Origin: Welwitschia mirabilis
Taxonomy: Eukaryota
NCBI GenBank assembly: GCA_051453625.1
Contig: JBOZIK010000001.1
Coordinates: 17,457,499-17,510,986 of the forward strand
Direction of reading: 5' to 3'
DNA length: 53,488 nt
The notes below the pieces were generated by a model that was not told the DNA's origin, ran no database searches, and saw only the letters and a list, made by a program, of their open reading frames with translations. Below are positions 10,780 to 23,700 of the stretch, piece after piece. Position numbers and translations under genes: made by a program. Position 1 is the first letter of the stretch, and each line of letters begins with the position of its first letter.

Positions 10780-13210
10780 TTTTCAAAGAGAAACATTTTT
10801 CTTCCTTAAATTGACACTAAACAAATACAATTTTTCGTAGGCAACAGAGAGTTCATCAAAATCTAGATCGTCACACTCGAGAGAAACATTTTCAGAATAA
10901 ATGCATTTAGAGCTAGAGGCATGATCAAGATCTAAATAATTTAAAGAAGTTGAAGGACTAACCTCTTCTGCAACTGTGAGAAGACCAAAGTTTACCATGT
11001 TGTCATCATCGCTTGAGTCCATCAAATCATCTTCAGATACATCTCATGATGCTTTGAACACTCTCTTTCATTTGTCCCTTTTGTCCTTTTTGTTGTTGTT
11101 TGCACAGTCTGCAGCTGCATGGCCAAAACCTTTGCATTTATAACATTGAATTGAAGACGATTTCTTACTTTTGTCCATCTTACCTCTTGCCGATCTTTAG
11201 GTGAACTGTGAATCCTTTTTTTTACGAAGAAAACGTTTGAAGTTCCTGGTGAAAAGTGCAAGATCTTCATCAAGATTGTCCTCATCTGAACTACTACCGT
11301 TTGAATCCTCATTTGCCTTTAGAGCTATGCTTTTTCACCTTGGTATTTCTTCTTCTGGAAGNNNNNNNNNNNNNNNNNNNNNNNNNNNNNNNNNNNNNNN
11401 NNNNNNNNNNNNNNNNNNNNNNNNNNNNNNNNNNNNNNNNNNNNNNNNNNNNNNNNNNNNNAATTGTTGGATGTTCATCATTAGCACTTACAATTCCTTG
11501 TTAATAAATAAACCCTTATTGTTATCACCAAATGTTACATCTCCACTATTGTAATCTTACCCACTATCTAAATATCAATTAGTACGATCTTGAGCCTTGA
11601 AGGTAGCATGTGCAAACAAAGAAGGTAGATTTTTCTTAATCCATTAATATTTAGCATGACGTTGTTGACTAGGTTGATAAAATATTTTTACACTTAAGTT
11701 GATATAGAGTGTTTTCTTATAAGGACAAGTAAATTGAACATGACCATTTCAATTATAAAAGAAATATTTGATACTAGATTTGAATTTTACATTAGGCACG
11801 AGTTTTTTAAAAGAATGAGAACTAGTTGAGGAGCAACCAAGACCTGAGCTATCTCATAGATTACGACTAAAACCTAATAATTTATTAAAATTATCATTTC
11901 ATTTAGACAAATAAGTAGTAATTACTTTAGCATTTTGGAGTTCAAAAATTAATAGGTTTATCCTCTCATTTGCTTCCTTCAGATTGCATTCTAGAGTATC
12001 AACTATTTTTCAAAGAGAAACATTTTTCTTTCTTAAATTGATATTAAAAAAATATAATTTTTATAGGTAATTAAGAGCTCATCAAAATCTAGATTGTCAC
12101 ACTCAAAAGAAACATTTTTAGAATTAATGCATTTAAAGCTAGAGGCATGATCAAGATCTAAGTAATTTAGAGACATTAAAGGACTAACCTCTTCTGTAAT
12201 TACAAGAAGACCAAAATTTAACATGTTTTCATCATTGCTTAAGTCCAACAGATCATCCTTAAATTCATCTGATATTTCTTTAAACACTTTATTTCCTTTA
12301 TCCCTCTTGTCCTTTTTGTTGTTTCTTGCACAATCTGTAGCTACATGGCTAAAATCTTGCATTCATAACAGTGAATTAAAGATGATTTCTTACTTTATAC
12401 ATCTTATCTCTTACTACTCTTTTGGTAAAGTTTGAATCCTTTAAATTATGAAGAAAACATTTGAAGTTCCTTGTGAGAAGTGCAAGATCTTCATCAAGAT
12501 TGTTCACATTTGAACTACTATCATTTGAGTCCTTATTCACCTTTAGAGTTATGCTTTTTCATTTTAGATTTCTTCTTTTGGAAGTATAATTACTTCATAA
12601 ACCATCAAAGATCCTTTGAGTTCTTCCACTTTTATTCTTTTGATGTCCTTGCTTTCTTCTATTGCCATTACCTTAGGTCTAAATTTTAGAGTAAAACTTC
12701 TCAAGATTTTTCTTACAATGCAGTTCTTAGGAGTCCTTTCACCCGAGCCCACATGTTGTTTACTATGTTACTTATCTTAATCATGAATTCTGTAACAGAC
12801 TATATTTCGTCCATCCTAATATTTTCAAACTTGATAGAAAGAACTTAAAGCTTAGAATTTTTCACAATATTCATACTTTTATGAGCTACTTTCAGAGTGT
12901 CCCATATATCTTTGGCACTGGTGCACTAAATAATTTGATCGTATTCCTTAGTTGATAAGGCATATATTATTGAATTTATTACTTTGGCATTGTTTTAAAC
13001 TATCTATTTATCATCTTCATCCCATTCATCTCTAGCTTTCAAGGAAACCACTCTAGCTATAGTCTTGGTAGGAGGTTAATATCCATATTCTACCAAGTCC
13101 CAAATGTCTAGATGTAGAGATATCAGAAAGATACTTATTTTAGATTTCTAGTAAGCATAATTATTACCATCAATGAATGGTAGCCTTAATACTGCATGAC
13201 CTTCCAAATG
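10780..13210 (-). pseudogene. Sirevirus gag remnant (UBN2-type with CCHC knuckle); 10195-11361 and 11462-12590 are overlapping diverged copies
   Basis: EGHAVLRLPFIDGNNYAY*KSKISIFL...DIWDLVEYGY near 13080-13207, KILRS...KFRPKVMAIEESKDI...EELKGSLMVYE (ORF 12564-12752), zinc knuckle CYKCKGFGHAAADC at ~11104-11146. Confidence 0.85.
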
Positions 13211-13275
13211 ATTTAAGGATGCTATAAAAATCTTCTTAGAAAAACACATAAAGGATGCTAATCTAGAACAATCAG

Positions 13276-13287
13276 GCTCTAATACCA
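13276..13287 (-). promoter_or_regulatory. Primer-binding site (tRNA-iMet type) of the Sirevirus
   Basis: Plus strand gctctaatacca = minus tggtattagagc, one mismatch from TGGTATCAGAGC, 2 nt from the LTR. Confidence 0.85.
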
Positions 13288-13289
13288 AT

Positions 13290-13474
13290 TATTAGGATTG
13301 AAAAGCATCCTAGAATTAGTAATATTTTAAATTTTACCCTATTTAATCTTGTATAGGAACAGACATCCTGGTGATAAGCTCGGATGTCCTAAAAGGCACA
13401 GCTTTTAGTTTGCACATTTATTAAAGTACACCATTTCCTATCCTTAAACATCATTGAAATACAAGATCTCCATA
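13290..13474 (-). repeat. Sirevirus 5' LTR, internally deleted (185 bp)
   Basis: First ~24 bp match 6683 onward and the last ~124 bp match ~7702-7824. The middle is missing and replaced by a short inverted piece. Confidence 0.8.
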
Positions 13475-13479
13475 CTTAC

Positions 13480-13940
13480 TTGAGTCCAATTTTCGAAACA
13501 AATATAAGATAACTCATTTAAAGTTTTAGATAAAAACAAGTCTTAAGCTTCTAGCACGAGTTCCAAAAAGTTATTGTTTTGAGCCTTGTTCAAATAGTTT
13601 AACATCTAAATATGACATGGTATTTTGATCAAAGCCATAAGAAATAAAACTTTGTTCTTTATTTTTAGAATAGAAATTATTAATTAATATAGATAAATAG
13701 GTGGAATATCCTTTTATAGTTTTGCATGTTATCATGCATGGAGACATATGCATGGTCACCATATCATAACATCACATTCACTAGGTAGTAAGTTGAGGTA
13801 TCAAAACCTACTCATGATAGTTTTATCTAATGCTCTATTCTCCATTTGAATTTCATAGGTAAATGGTTGCTTCAATTTTATAAATTTCCTTTTAGGAAGA
13901 AATCAATCCTATTTGTTTGGGAGAAAATAGTTAAGGGTTT
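13480..13940 (-). pseudogene. Probable continuation of Tekay pol (protease to RT junction), very degraded; duplicated at 14181-14460
   Basis: Resumes right after the Sirevirus TSD. Only weak motif resemblance (a DV-hydrophobic stretch where DVILGMDWL is expected); mainly positional. Confidence 0.35.
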
Positions 13941-13944
13941 CTTC

Positions 13945-16780
13945 TTGTTTTTTTCTTTTCTGTGAATGAAATTTAAATCATATTTTATTGCTGGAACATT
14001 AATAGTAAAATTCTTATAAAAATGTGGAAGTTAGAATCCATATATTACATGTTAGATACCAAGACTGAGCAAACTAATGTNNNNNNNNNNNNNNNNNNNN
14101 NNNNNNNNNNNNNNNNNNNNNNNNNNNNNNNNNNNNNNNNNNNNNNNNNNNNNNNNNNNNNNNNNNNNNNNNNNNNNNNNAATAGTAATTATTAATTAAT
14201 ATAGATAAATAGGTGGAATAGCCTTCTATAGTTTTGCATGTTATCATGCATGGACACATAGGCATGGTTATTATATCATAACATCACATCCACTAGGTAG
14301 GTAAGTTAAGGTATCAAAACCTCCTCATGATAGTTTTATCTAATACTCTATTCTCCATTTGAATTTCATAGGTAAATGGTTGCTTCAATTTTATAAATTT
14401 CATTTTAGGAAGAAATCAAGCCTGTTTGTTTAGGAGAAAATAGTTAAGGATTTCTCCTTGTTTTTTTTTTTCCCTCTTTGAATGAAATTTAAACCATATT
14501 TCATAGCTGGAACATTAATAGTATAATTATTACAAAAGTTTGGAAGATAGAATTCATATATTACATGTTAGATACTAAGACTGAGTAAACTAATGTAAAA
14601 CAAGGACCTGAGATGCATCACTCCTTAGCTAACCTGAGAAAATAGATTAATTTCCATAGTTTATTCTGATTTGATATCCAAGATGCGATAAAACCTCTAT
14701 GTGAGAGGGCCATATGGAGTGTTAACCATCTGAATCAAATCAGGAAGTAGATAGTGATGTATCTAGGTATTNNNNNNNNNNNNNNNNNNNNNNNNNNNNN
14801 NNNNNNNNNNNNNNNNNNNNNNNNNNNNNNNNNNNNNNNNNNNNNNNNNNNNNNNNNNNNNNNNNNNNNNNCTGAGCAAACTAATGTAAAAGAAGGACTT
14901 GAGATGCATTACCCCTCATTTGACCTAAGAAAATAAGATTAAATTCCATAGTTTATTCTGATTTGATATCCAAAATGTAGATAAAACCTCTATATGAGAG
15001 GGTCATATGGAGTGTTAACCATCTGAGTCAAATCAGGAAGTAGATAGTGATGTATCTAGGTAGTGTTCAAACATCCTAGAGGAGGCCCAGACTATGCAAA
15101 TATCAATGAAAATAGAGGTCTAAAATCTGGAAAATTATGATAAAAGCTGCTCATCAGCTCTATTAATCATGGTAAAGGGATACATTCCCCTCCCTAATGC
15201 CCTGTTAAAAATGAGGAGCAAGGGACTCAATAACAAGACTCATGCTAAAAAAAACTTCATTACTGATGTCTAGTAAGTTATTACACAAGCAAATTGAAAC
15301 AAAAGCTAGGCAGCCTGAGAGAAAAATATAGCCTACTAATAGAACTCTATGAAAACTACTTCTTATCCAACCCAATTCTTAGAAGAAGACTCTTACCATT
15401 GCATGGCTGTGTAAAGTGTGAGGGTTATGAGGAATCAAGAGATGCAGTTTCTAGACACTAGAAAATCTAGTTATAAAGATCATCATCTTTGATGTCAATT
15501 CTATGGAGAAATATTTTCTATGTGCTAATATGCTACCTTTTTATGAAAAGACTTGACTGATCTTCCATCAGGTGTTAGTCATACTGAAAACTAGAAAACA
15601 GAAAAACATCCTAAAATCATCCTAATATCTAATCTATAATCATCTACTAAGAGGCCAAACAATCAATTTATTAAAGTTGTGACACTGAATAAACTAGTGA
15701 TTAAAAGGACATCTTATAGCTTTGCATGCTCACATCCAAAAAAGACTACTCTAATATAAGATTATTTACACTTCTAGATGGGGAAATAGATAAAAGATTA
15801 AGATAGAAAACCTAGTATAGTTTCACACATTATTTTTGTTAGATCATAAGAATTAAGACAGGGCCAAATCTAGGAAGCCTAATCACAACCATTAACAAAT
15901 ACAAAGTAACATAATAAATTAACCATTTCTTCCTACTAATTGAGGAGAGATATCCACTATTTAAAACCACACTCTGTTTTTTTATGAATATTTTAATTTT
16001 TGAATTAACATCAATCTAGTCAAGAGTTGTAGCCTAAATTCTTTAATAATCTGGGTAGTCTGGATATCTTTTTTCTTTATGATCTTTTCATTTCTTTCTT
16101 TCCATATATGATAAATACAAGCTATTATGAGAAACTTGATAATACTATGATGAGTATTCCTTAACCTAAATTTCCTTTTTTTCCAATATAAGTATCTCCT
16201 TCTAAGAGTATGCTGGAGGATTAAAACCTACTTGGTTAAGAGTTAATTTAAGAAGGAGGACACAAGAAGAGCATTTAAAGAGGATTTAGTCTCTAGTTTC
16301 ATTAGCTAAACTATAGAGAACACATAGCGAATCCATTTGAATGCAAAACTTGAGGATTCTGTGTTTGGTAGATAGTATATTGTTACATGCTAGTCAAGCA
16401 ATAAAGCAATATTTTGGAAGCATAAAATGGTTTCAGACTAAATCAAACCATTTCCATTTAGGATGATGGCCAGTTAAATAGAGATAAACTGATGCTGTGA
16501 AAGGTACACCTAAATCCTTCCAAACCAATGAATCATTAGATAACAACACACAATTACTTAGAAAAGGTTGAAGTTTTAGAATTTTTTTATGATTTAGGAA
16601 GTATTATATTCAACCTAATAGTTCTAAATATTTACACCTTTAAAGTAGTATTCATGGCACCATTTGACCCATAGCATATATTTCTTAAGTACTAAATCCC
16701 ATAGTTGAGTAATTATTAAAGCTTTGTTCATTAAAATCGGATCCATAAAATCAAGTCCCTTAGCTTTTTTTTGGTTTTAT
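13945..16780 (-). mobile_element. L1-clade LINE 3' portion (zf-RVT region, ORF2 end, long 3' UTR, A-rich tail), copy A
   Basis: Colinear with 19795-21620. T-runs on the plus strand at ~13948-13960 and 14461-14471 (tail on minus). ORF2 stop at ~15919. Ends at an N-gap. Confidence 0.8.
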
Positions 16781-16899
16781 NNNNNNNNNNNNNNNNNNNN
16801 NNNNNNNNNNNNNNNNNNNNNNNNNNNNNNNNNNNNNNNNNNNNNNNNNNNNNNNNNNNNNNNNNNNNNNNNNNNNNNNNTTTTTGGAATACATATTCG

Positions 16900-17620
16900 T
16901 TTTGAAATACATGTATGAATATTTATTTAGCATGATTGATGAAATTTTGTATGTTAATAATATGGATGAATTCTTTTCTATAAAGAGTCTAGAATATTTC
17001 AAACATCTGATAAAAAAATTTGAACATGAAATATTTTCTAAAAAGTAACTATCTTATTTTTTCATATCAAAACCTGAAAACTTGGAAATAGAGTAGATGG
17101 AGAAACTATATAAGAAAAAAAATTAGAATGTTATACATATAAATTCAAATTATATAATTATACTTAATGTGTCCTGAATGTTAATATAAATTAAAATTTG
17201 ATTTTTGTATATTTACCTTTCATGAGCAAAAGTTCAAAAAGGATTAGACCCATGTTAATTGATTTCACAAAAGAAACAATCATATTATACTTTTCTTAGG
17301 CATTTCAAAATGAAAATATTTAAGGAATATTAAGAAATCCAAATATTAAGATTAAAAATTTAAATTAGAATTTAAAAATAACTAAATATTTAAGGAAAAT
17401 TTACTTGACCAATGAAATCATTTTGTAGAATAAAATATTTTTTTTACTCTAGCCTTTACCTAAGTAACCATGTTTGATGTAAATCAGGTATGCTATAAAG
17501 GTCGACTAATTACAGAACTATGTCACATCCATATTTTCAAGGTCTAAGAATTTAAATGAAATAGTTAAGAAAAGACTCAATAAAATTAGTTTTTATTACA
17601 TAGGATCCAGCAAGCTAATT
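16900..17620 (+). pseudogene. Possible CACTA (En/Spm) transposase C-terminal remnant (DUF4216-like)
   Basis: At ~17490-17545 AIKVD*LQNYVTSIFSR resembles G.KVD..G.TSVNFSR, followed by a degraded QVFY..DP-like stretch at ~17587-17610. No CACTA terminus seen. Confidence 0.35.
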
Positions 17621-18819
17621 TAATTATTAGATTATTCATTTACTGGAATATTATTATTTGATATTTGCATTTTACTTGATGGTGTTTTCTTTTTAACCCA
17701 TATAATTATTATATTAGTAGATTTACATTATAACCATTGATACTAATGTTATGCATTGTGGTTGGATTTATTTTTTTCCTTCCTTAATGTCAAAAATTAC
17801 CAAAGAATCTATTGAATTGTAAGTACTATAATTAATGATGTGCATTATTGTTTGCTTTCTTTGATTACTTGCTCAACTTTATAAAATGCTAAAGAATTTA
17901 TTTAATTGTAACTGTTATTATTATGTGTCTAGAATGTTTTATCTATATCTTTAATGACCTCACTCTATTAATTAGTATTTATGACAAGCTTATTTATTAT
18001 GTAGCTTATTCATAATAACCAAGTGTCTAGTGGGGAAGGGAAGTGAAATCAAAACCATTTTCCAAGAATAATAGTGGGATTATGTGACTGTAAGAATTTT
18101 TTATCCTCTTGAGTTCCTATAAATAGGAACCCTTTTTTATTTAGACTTGATTATTTTAAAACTTTACTTTGAGTTTTCTTTTAGATATTATCTATTTTGA
18201 AATATTTATTACTTAATGAGTATTAAACTTGGAGCTTAAAAATCTCATACTCGAAGTGTGCGTATGGTTAAGATGCTTATTCTTGAATATCTTATAAGAT
18301 TCCCTAGTTACTTGTATTGTTCTATTAAATTAATATTTCTATATAATAAGAATATTATGTTTTTTTCTTCTTTTGTAAAGCCTAAAATGCTTATTATTTG
18401 CTATAATGCTTTTTTAGAGCTCTTCTTGCAAGTAAAATTTTATTTAATGCAATTTGTTTTTATACACCTTGTTATAATCTTCATCAACTTATTTGTGTTT
18501 ATTGAATCATTAGACTTACTTGGGTTTATTTAGCCATTATACCTACTTGCTAGGAAACTATTTACTTATTTTATTTAGAGAAGCAATTACTGTGACTGAA
18601 TCTATCAATTTTGATTAAATCTTATTGTAATGTTCTTGTATTTTTACTTTTTAATCTTAAGATATCATCATTTTTGTATACATAAAAATATTATTAAATT
18701 CCTTTTTAAAAAGTTCTCTCATAAATTTTAAATGTATAAGTAAATGATAAGCTATTTGCTATAATGTTTTTAAAAACTATTGAATATTAAGTCTTGAACT
18801 TAACTGAAATCTATATCTT

Positions 18820-19745
18820 TAGTATACAGAGGAATGGTAATTAGGAATGCATATTTATTCCTATAAATTTAGTATTATATATTATCATAAAAGAGAAAGT
18901 TCTATACCAATGAATAAAGTACCAAATAAAGTCAAAGCTAAAGGAGGATAAGTGTTTGAATGTAAGGAATGTGTTGCAGAAAAGAGAAAATAGTCGAGCT
19001 AAAATCCCAGCTTGAACAAGTTGAAGGATACATGTAGGAGTCGCTAATTGAGAAGAGAAGAGATTTAGCCAAGAGGGTGAGTAAGTTTACCGAGAGGGGG
19101 AGTAAATTTATTGACACATTATAGATGAAGATGGTAGGCAAACAACCATTTAATAAGAACATCTTTACATGGTTTTTCAAACAACCATTTATTAAGAAGA
19201 TCATTTCTTGACTGGCACTGCTATAGCAATAATTTAATGTTGCTATAGTATATTTCAAGATTAATATGTCTTAGAATCTACAAGAGACCAAATGACGCAA
19301 GCAAAAAGCTATAAATCTTTGACCATGGTAAGTAGGATAATGCATTACCAGACTTTTATAGATATAACTTTATTCTCAAAGTTCTTGAAATTTTGAGCAA
19401 TCTTGCTCTATTTTCTCTGTAATCTTATTTTTTGTTTAAATAAAATATGTTACATTTTATTTCATTTGAAATATCTTTAGTACCAACATGAATGTATGCC
19501 ATGAATTAGCCTGCAAAGATCTCTAATTTTAGCATTCACCTTTGAAATATGAAGATCTATTAGAATAGTTATTTATTTATTACACATGATGATATTTTGA
19601 AATTTTGAAAATGTTTCTTATGTCTTTATTAATTATTTGTGTATTTTCCTTGAGTATGTTACTGATCTCTCTGTGCAGACTCTTCAATGCCTCATCTACT
19701 AAATTACAGAACATTAGTGAAATGGTTATCTACCTAGATGTAATT
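18820..19745 (+). pseudogene. Spliced gene-like relic (possible CACTA TnpA-like exons or host gene fragment)
   Basis: Purine-rich exon-like block 18935-19135 (KEKIVELKSQLEQVEGYM*ESLIEKRRDLAKRVSK, coiled-coil-like), donor-like gtaagt at ~19328, acceptor-like tctctctgtgcag at ~19666-19678, donor-like gtaatt at ~19740. Confidence 0.3.
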
Positions 19746-20758
19746 CTTTTATGTGTGAAAAAGTCCAATGACTTTGTTATCTACATTTCTTATATTTTTT
19801 TTAATGAAATTTAAATCATATTTCATTGCCAGAACATTAATAGTATAACTCTTACAAAAACATGGGAGCTAGAATCAATATATTACATTTGTTAGATACC
19901 ATGACTGAGAAAACTAATGTAAAATAAGATGAGATGTATCACCCTTCAGCTAACCTGAGAAGATAAGATTATTTTATAGTTTCTTCTGATTTAATATCCC
20001 AGATGTAGACACAGCCTTTGTGCGAGGGCCATCTAGAGCATTAACCATTTAAAATAATTCAGTAAGAAGATAATGATGTATTTTGGTGGTGTTTAGACAT
20101 TCTAAAGGAAGTCTAGATTATGTAAAAATTAGTGAAATAAGGGTATAAAATCTAGAAAATTATGATAAAAGCTGATCATCATCTCTATGGATCATGGTGG
20201 AGGGATATAAATTCCTCTCACAAATGCCATGTTAAAAAAGAGGAACAAGGGACCCAATAACAGGACTTATGCACTGCATGATGCAGTTTCTAGATACTGA
20301 AAATCTAATTATGAAGATCACCATCTTTGATGCTAATTCTATGGATAAAGAGTTTCTAAGTGCTAATATGCTACCTTTTCATGAAAAAGATCTAACTGAT
20401 CTTTCACCAAGTGCTAGTCATACTAAAAATAAAAAAAATAGAAAAACATCCTAAACCATTCTGACTGCTGATTTGCAATCATCTAGTGACAGACCATACA
20501 ATCAATTTCTTAAAGTTGTGACATAAAATAAACTAGTCATTAAAAGGATATCTCTTAGATTTGCATGCTTACATCCAAAATAGAATAGTCTAATATGAGA
20601 TTATTTACACTTCTGGCTGGGAAGATAGATAAAAGATGAAAATAGAAAACCTATTAAAGTTTTACACATTATTTTTGTTAGAGCACAAGAAATAAGACAA
20701 GGCTAGAGATGAGAGATCCTGATCACAAACATCAAAAAATACAAAGAGACATAATAAA

Positions 20759-23700
20759 TTAATCATTTCTACCCACTAATTGGGGAGAGATACCCACTAT
20801 TTGATACCATACTCTATTTTTCTGTGAATCTTTCAATTTTTGAATTGACATCAATCTAGTTAAGAGCTGTAACTTAACTTCTTTAATAATTTAGATAGTC
20901 TAGATATCATTTTACTTGAATATAATTTCATTTCTTACTTTCCATACATTATAAATACAGGTTGTTATGAGAAACTTGATGATACTATGATGAGTATTTC
21001 TTGACCTGAATTTTCTTTTTACCCATACAAGTATCTACTTCTAAGAATGTGTTGGAGGATTAAGACCTACATGGCTGAGAGTTAATTTAATAATGATGAC
21101 ATAAGGAGAACATTCAAAGAGGATGTGATCTCTAGTTTCATTAGCCAAACTGCAGATAACACATAGCAAATCTGTTTGGATGTCAAACTTGAGGATTTTA
21201 TCTTTGGTAGATAGTCTATTGTTACATGCTAATCAAGTAATAAAGGAATATTTTGGGAGCATAAAATGGTTCTTGACTAAATCAAACCATTTCCATTTAG
21301 GATGATGGCCACTTAAATAAAGATATACTAATGCTATGAAAATAGATGTACCTAAAGCCTTTCAAACCAGTGACTCATCAAATAACAACACATAACCACT
21401 TAGAAGGGGTTAGAGTTTAAGAAGTTTTTTAATTATATACAAAGTATTATATTTAACTTGATAGTGCAAAATATTTATACCTTTAAAGTAGTATTCATGG
21501 CATCATTTGACCCATAGTGTATCTTTCTTGAGTACTAAATCCCATAGTTGAGTAATTATTAAAGATTTTTTCATCAAAATGGGGTCTATAAAACTAACTC
21601 CCCAAGATTTTTTTGGTTTTATTAATGTAGATCAAGAAATATGGGCTTTTTTTAATCGTTGTGGGTTCTTTGTCCATAGAAAGTTTCTACAGAGTGCATT
21701 AATTTTATGTATACCTTATTAGGGAGCATAAAAACTCTTACCAGAAAGAGGAGATTGACTATAACACAACTTTGATTAAAGTACATCTTCTTACATATGA
21801 TAAGAAGTTTGTATTCTAAGATCTAATTGTTCCCATTACACTTAGAATGAGAGGGAGACAATCTGAGATGGACAATTTTTTGAATTTAGTAAAACTCCTA
21901 GATATCTAACCAAGAGAATCCTTTCTGTGAACCCCAAAAAATGAAGGGATCTATCCTTTTATCCTAGGGTAATACCACCAAAAAATACTTGGCTTTTTAA
22001 CGAATTGGTCTCAAGACTTGAAACTATCTTAAAATGATCAAGTATTTGTTTCATCAAAATAATGGATTTATCATCAACTTTACAGAAAACGAAAAGATCA
22101 TTTGCATAGCATAAATGAGTAATTTGGAACTTGTTATATTTGTGGTGGAATCAAAAGTTTGGATTATATGTTAATTTCCTAGACATCTAGATAAACACTA
22201 CATAATAATACAAAAGAGGTAAGGGGATAATGGGTCACCTTATCTTAGACCAGCTTTTCCTTAGAAATAACCTATCATACCTCCATTAATGAGTATTAAA
22301 AATAAAGTGGTGAAGATACAAGCTTTGACCCAATTAATAATTTAAAAGAAAAACCTTTTTTTTTTAATCAGCTTGAATAGAAAATTATAAGAAACAAAGT
22401 CATACGCCTTCTTAATATCAATGCTTATAGCACATTGAGAGTTAATTCTTCTCCATGCATAATGCTGTACTAGTTCTTAAGCAAGCAAAATATTATAAAC
22501 AATACTTTTATGAGGGATGAATGCCCCTTGATTATCTACTGTAATATCATCTAGTACGTCCTTTAACCTGTGGGCAATAATCATTGATATAGCTTTATAT
22601 AAAACATTATAACAAGCTATCAGATAAAAGTCAAAANNNNNNNNNNNNNNNNNNNNNNNNNNNNNNNNNNNNNNNNNNNNNNNNNNNNNNNNNNNNNNNN
22701 NNNNNNNNNNNNNNNNNNNNNNNNNNNNNNNNNNNNGGAATCAAAAGTTTGGATTATATTTCAACTTCCTTAGACATCTAAATAAATACTCCATAATAAT
22801 ACAAAAGAGGTAAGGAGATAGTGGGTTGTCTTGTCTTAGGCCTCTTTTTCCTTGAAAATAGCCTACCATACCCCCATTAATGAGTATTAAAAAGAAAGGG
22901 CTAGAGCCATAATCTTTAACCTAATTAATCACTTTGAAGGGAAAACCTATTTTTCCATTAGATTGAATAGAAAATACTAAGAAACAAAGTCATATGCCTT
23001 CTCAAGATCAATCTTTATATCACATCNNNNNNNNNNNNNNNNNCTACTCTGGGTTCCTTGTCCACATAAATTTTTTATAAAGTACGTTAATTTCATTCAG
23101 CACCTTATTAGACAAGATAAAAACTCTGCATGAGAAAGAGGAGATTGATTGCAACACGGCTTTGATTAACATATATCTTCCTGCCTATGATAAGAATTTT
23201 GTAGTTGAAGATCTGATTTTTCCCATTACTCTTAGAATGAGAGGGAAAAAGTCTAAGACAGATAATTTTTTTGAATTTAGTAGAACTCCTAGATATCTAA
23301 CCAGGAGGATCCCTCTGCGAACCCTAATAAATGAAGGAATTTGTCTTTTTGTCTTGGGGTAATACCACCAATGAACGCTTGGCTTTTTGAAAAATTGGCC
23401 TCAAGACCTGAATCCATCTTAAAATGGTCAAGTATTTGTTTCATCAAACTAATGGATTTATCATCAGCTTTATGCAAACAAAAAGGTCATCTTCTTAGCA
23501 TAAATAGTAATTTGCAACTCATTACATTTGGGGTGGACTCAAAATTTTGGATTATATGTCAACTTCCTTATACATCTATATAAATNNNNNNNNNNNNNNN
23601 NNNNNNNNNNNNNNNNNNNNNNNNNNNNNNNNNNNNNNNNNNNNNNNNNNNNNNNNNNNNNNNNNNNNNNNNNNNNNNNNNNNNNTACTTCATAATAATA

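Larger units (their letters stand above)
6683..13474 (-). mobile_element. Sirevirus (SIRE/Maximus) Ty1/copia element, deletion derivative lacking RT-RNase H, nested in Tekay pol
   Basis: LTRs 6683-7824 and 13290-13474 share both termini (tattaggattgaaaa.catcct... and ...cata). PBS 13276-13287, several PPTs, gag/PR/INT/env-like remnants, flanks cttat (6678-6682) and cttac (13475-13479). Confidence 0.85.

Noticed and set aside
18258..18533. Hydrophobic 91-aa ORF as a small membrane protein (also 47018-47281 and 50635-50826)
   Set aside because: F/I/L/K/N-rich translations are expected from very AT-rich DNA. There are no recognisable motifs, and 47018-47281 is an off-frame reading of the LINE zf-RVT region.
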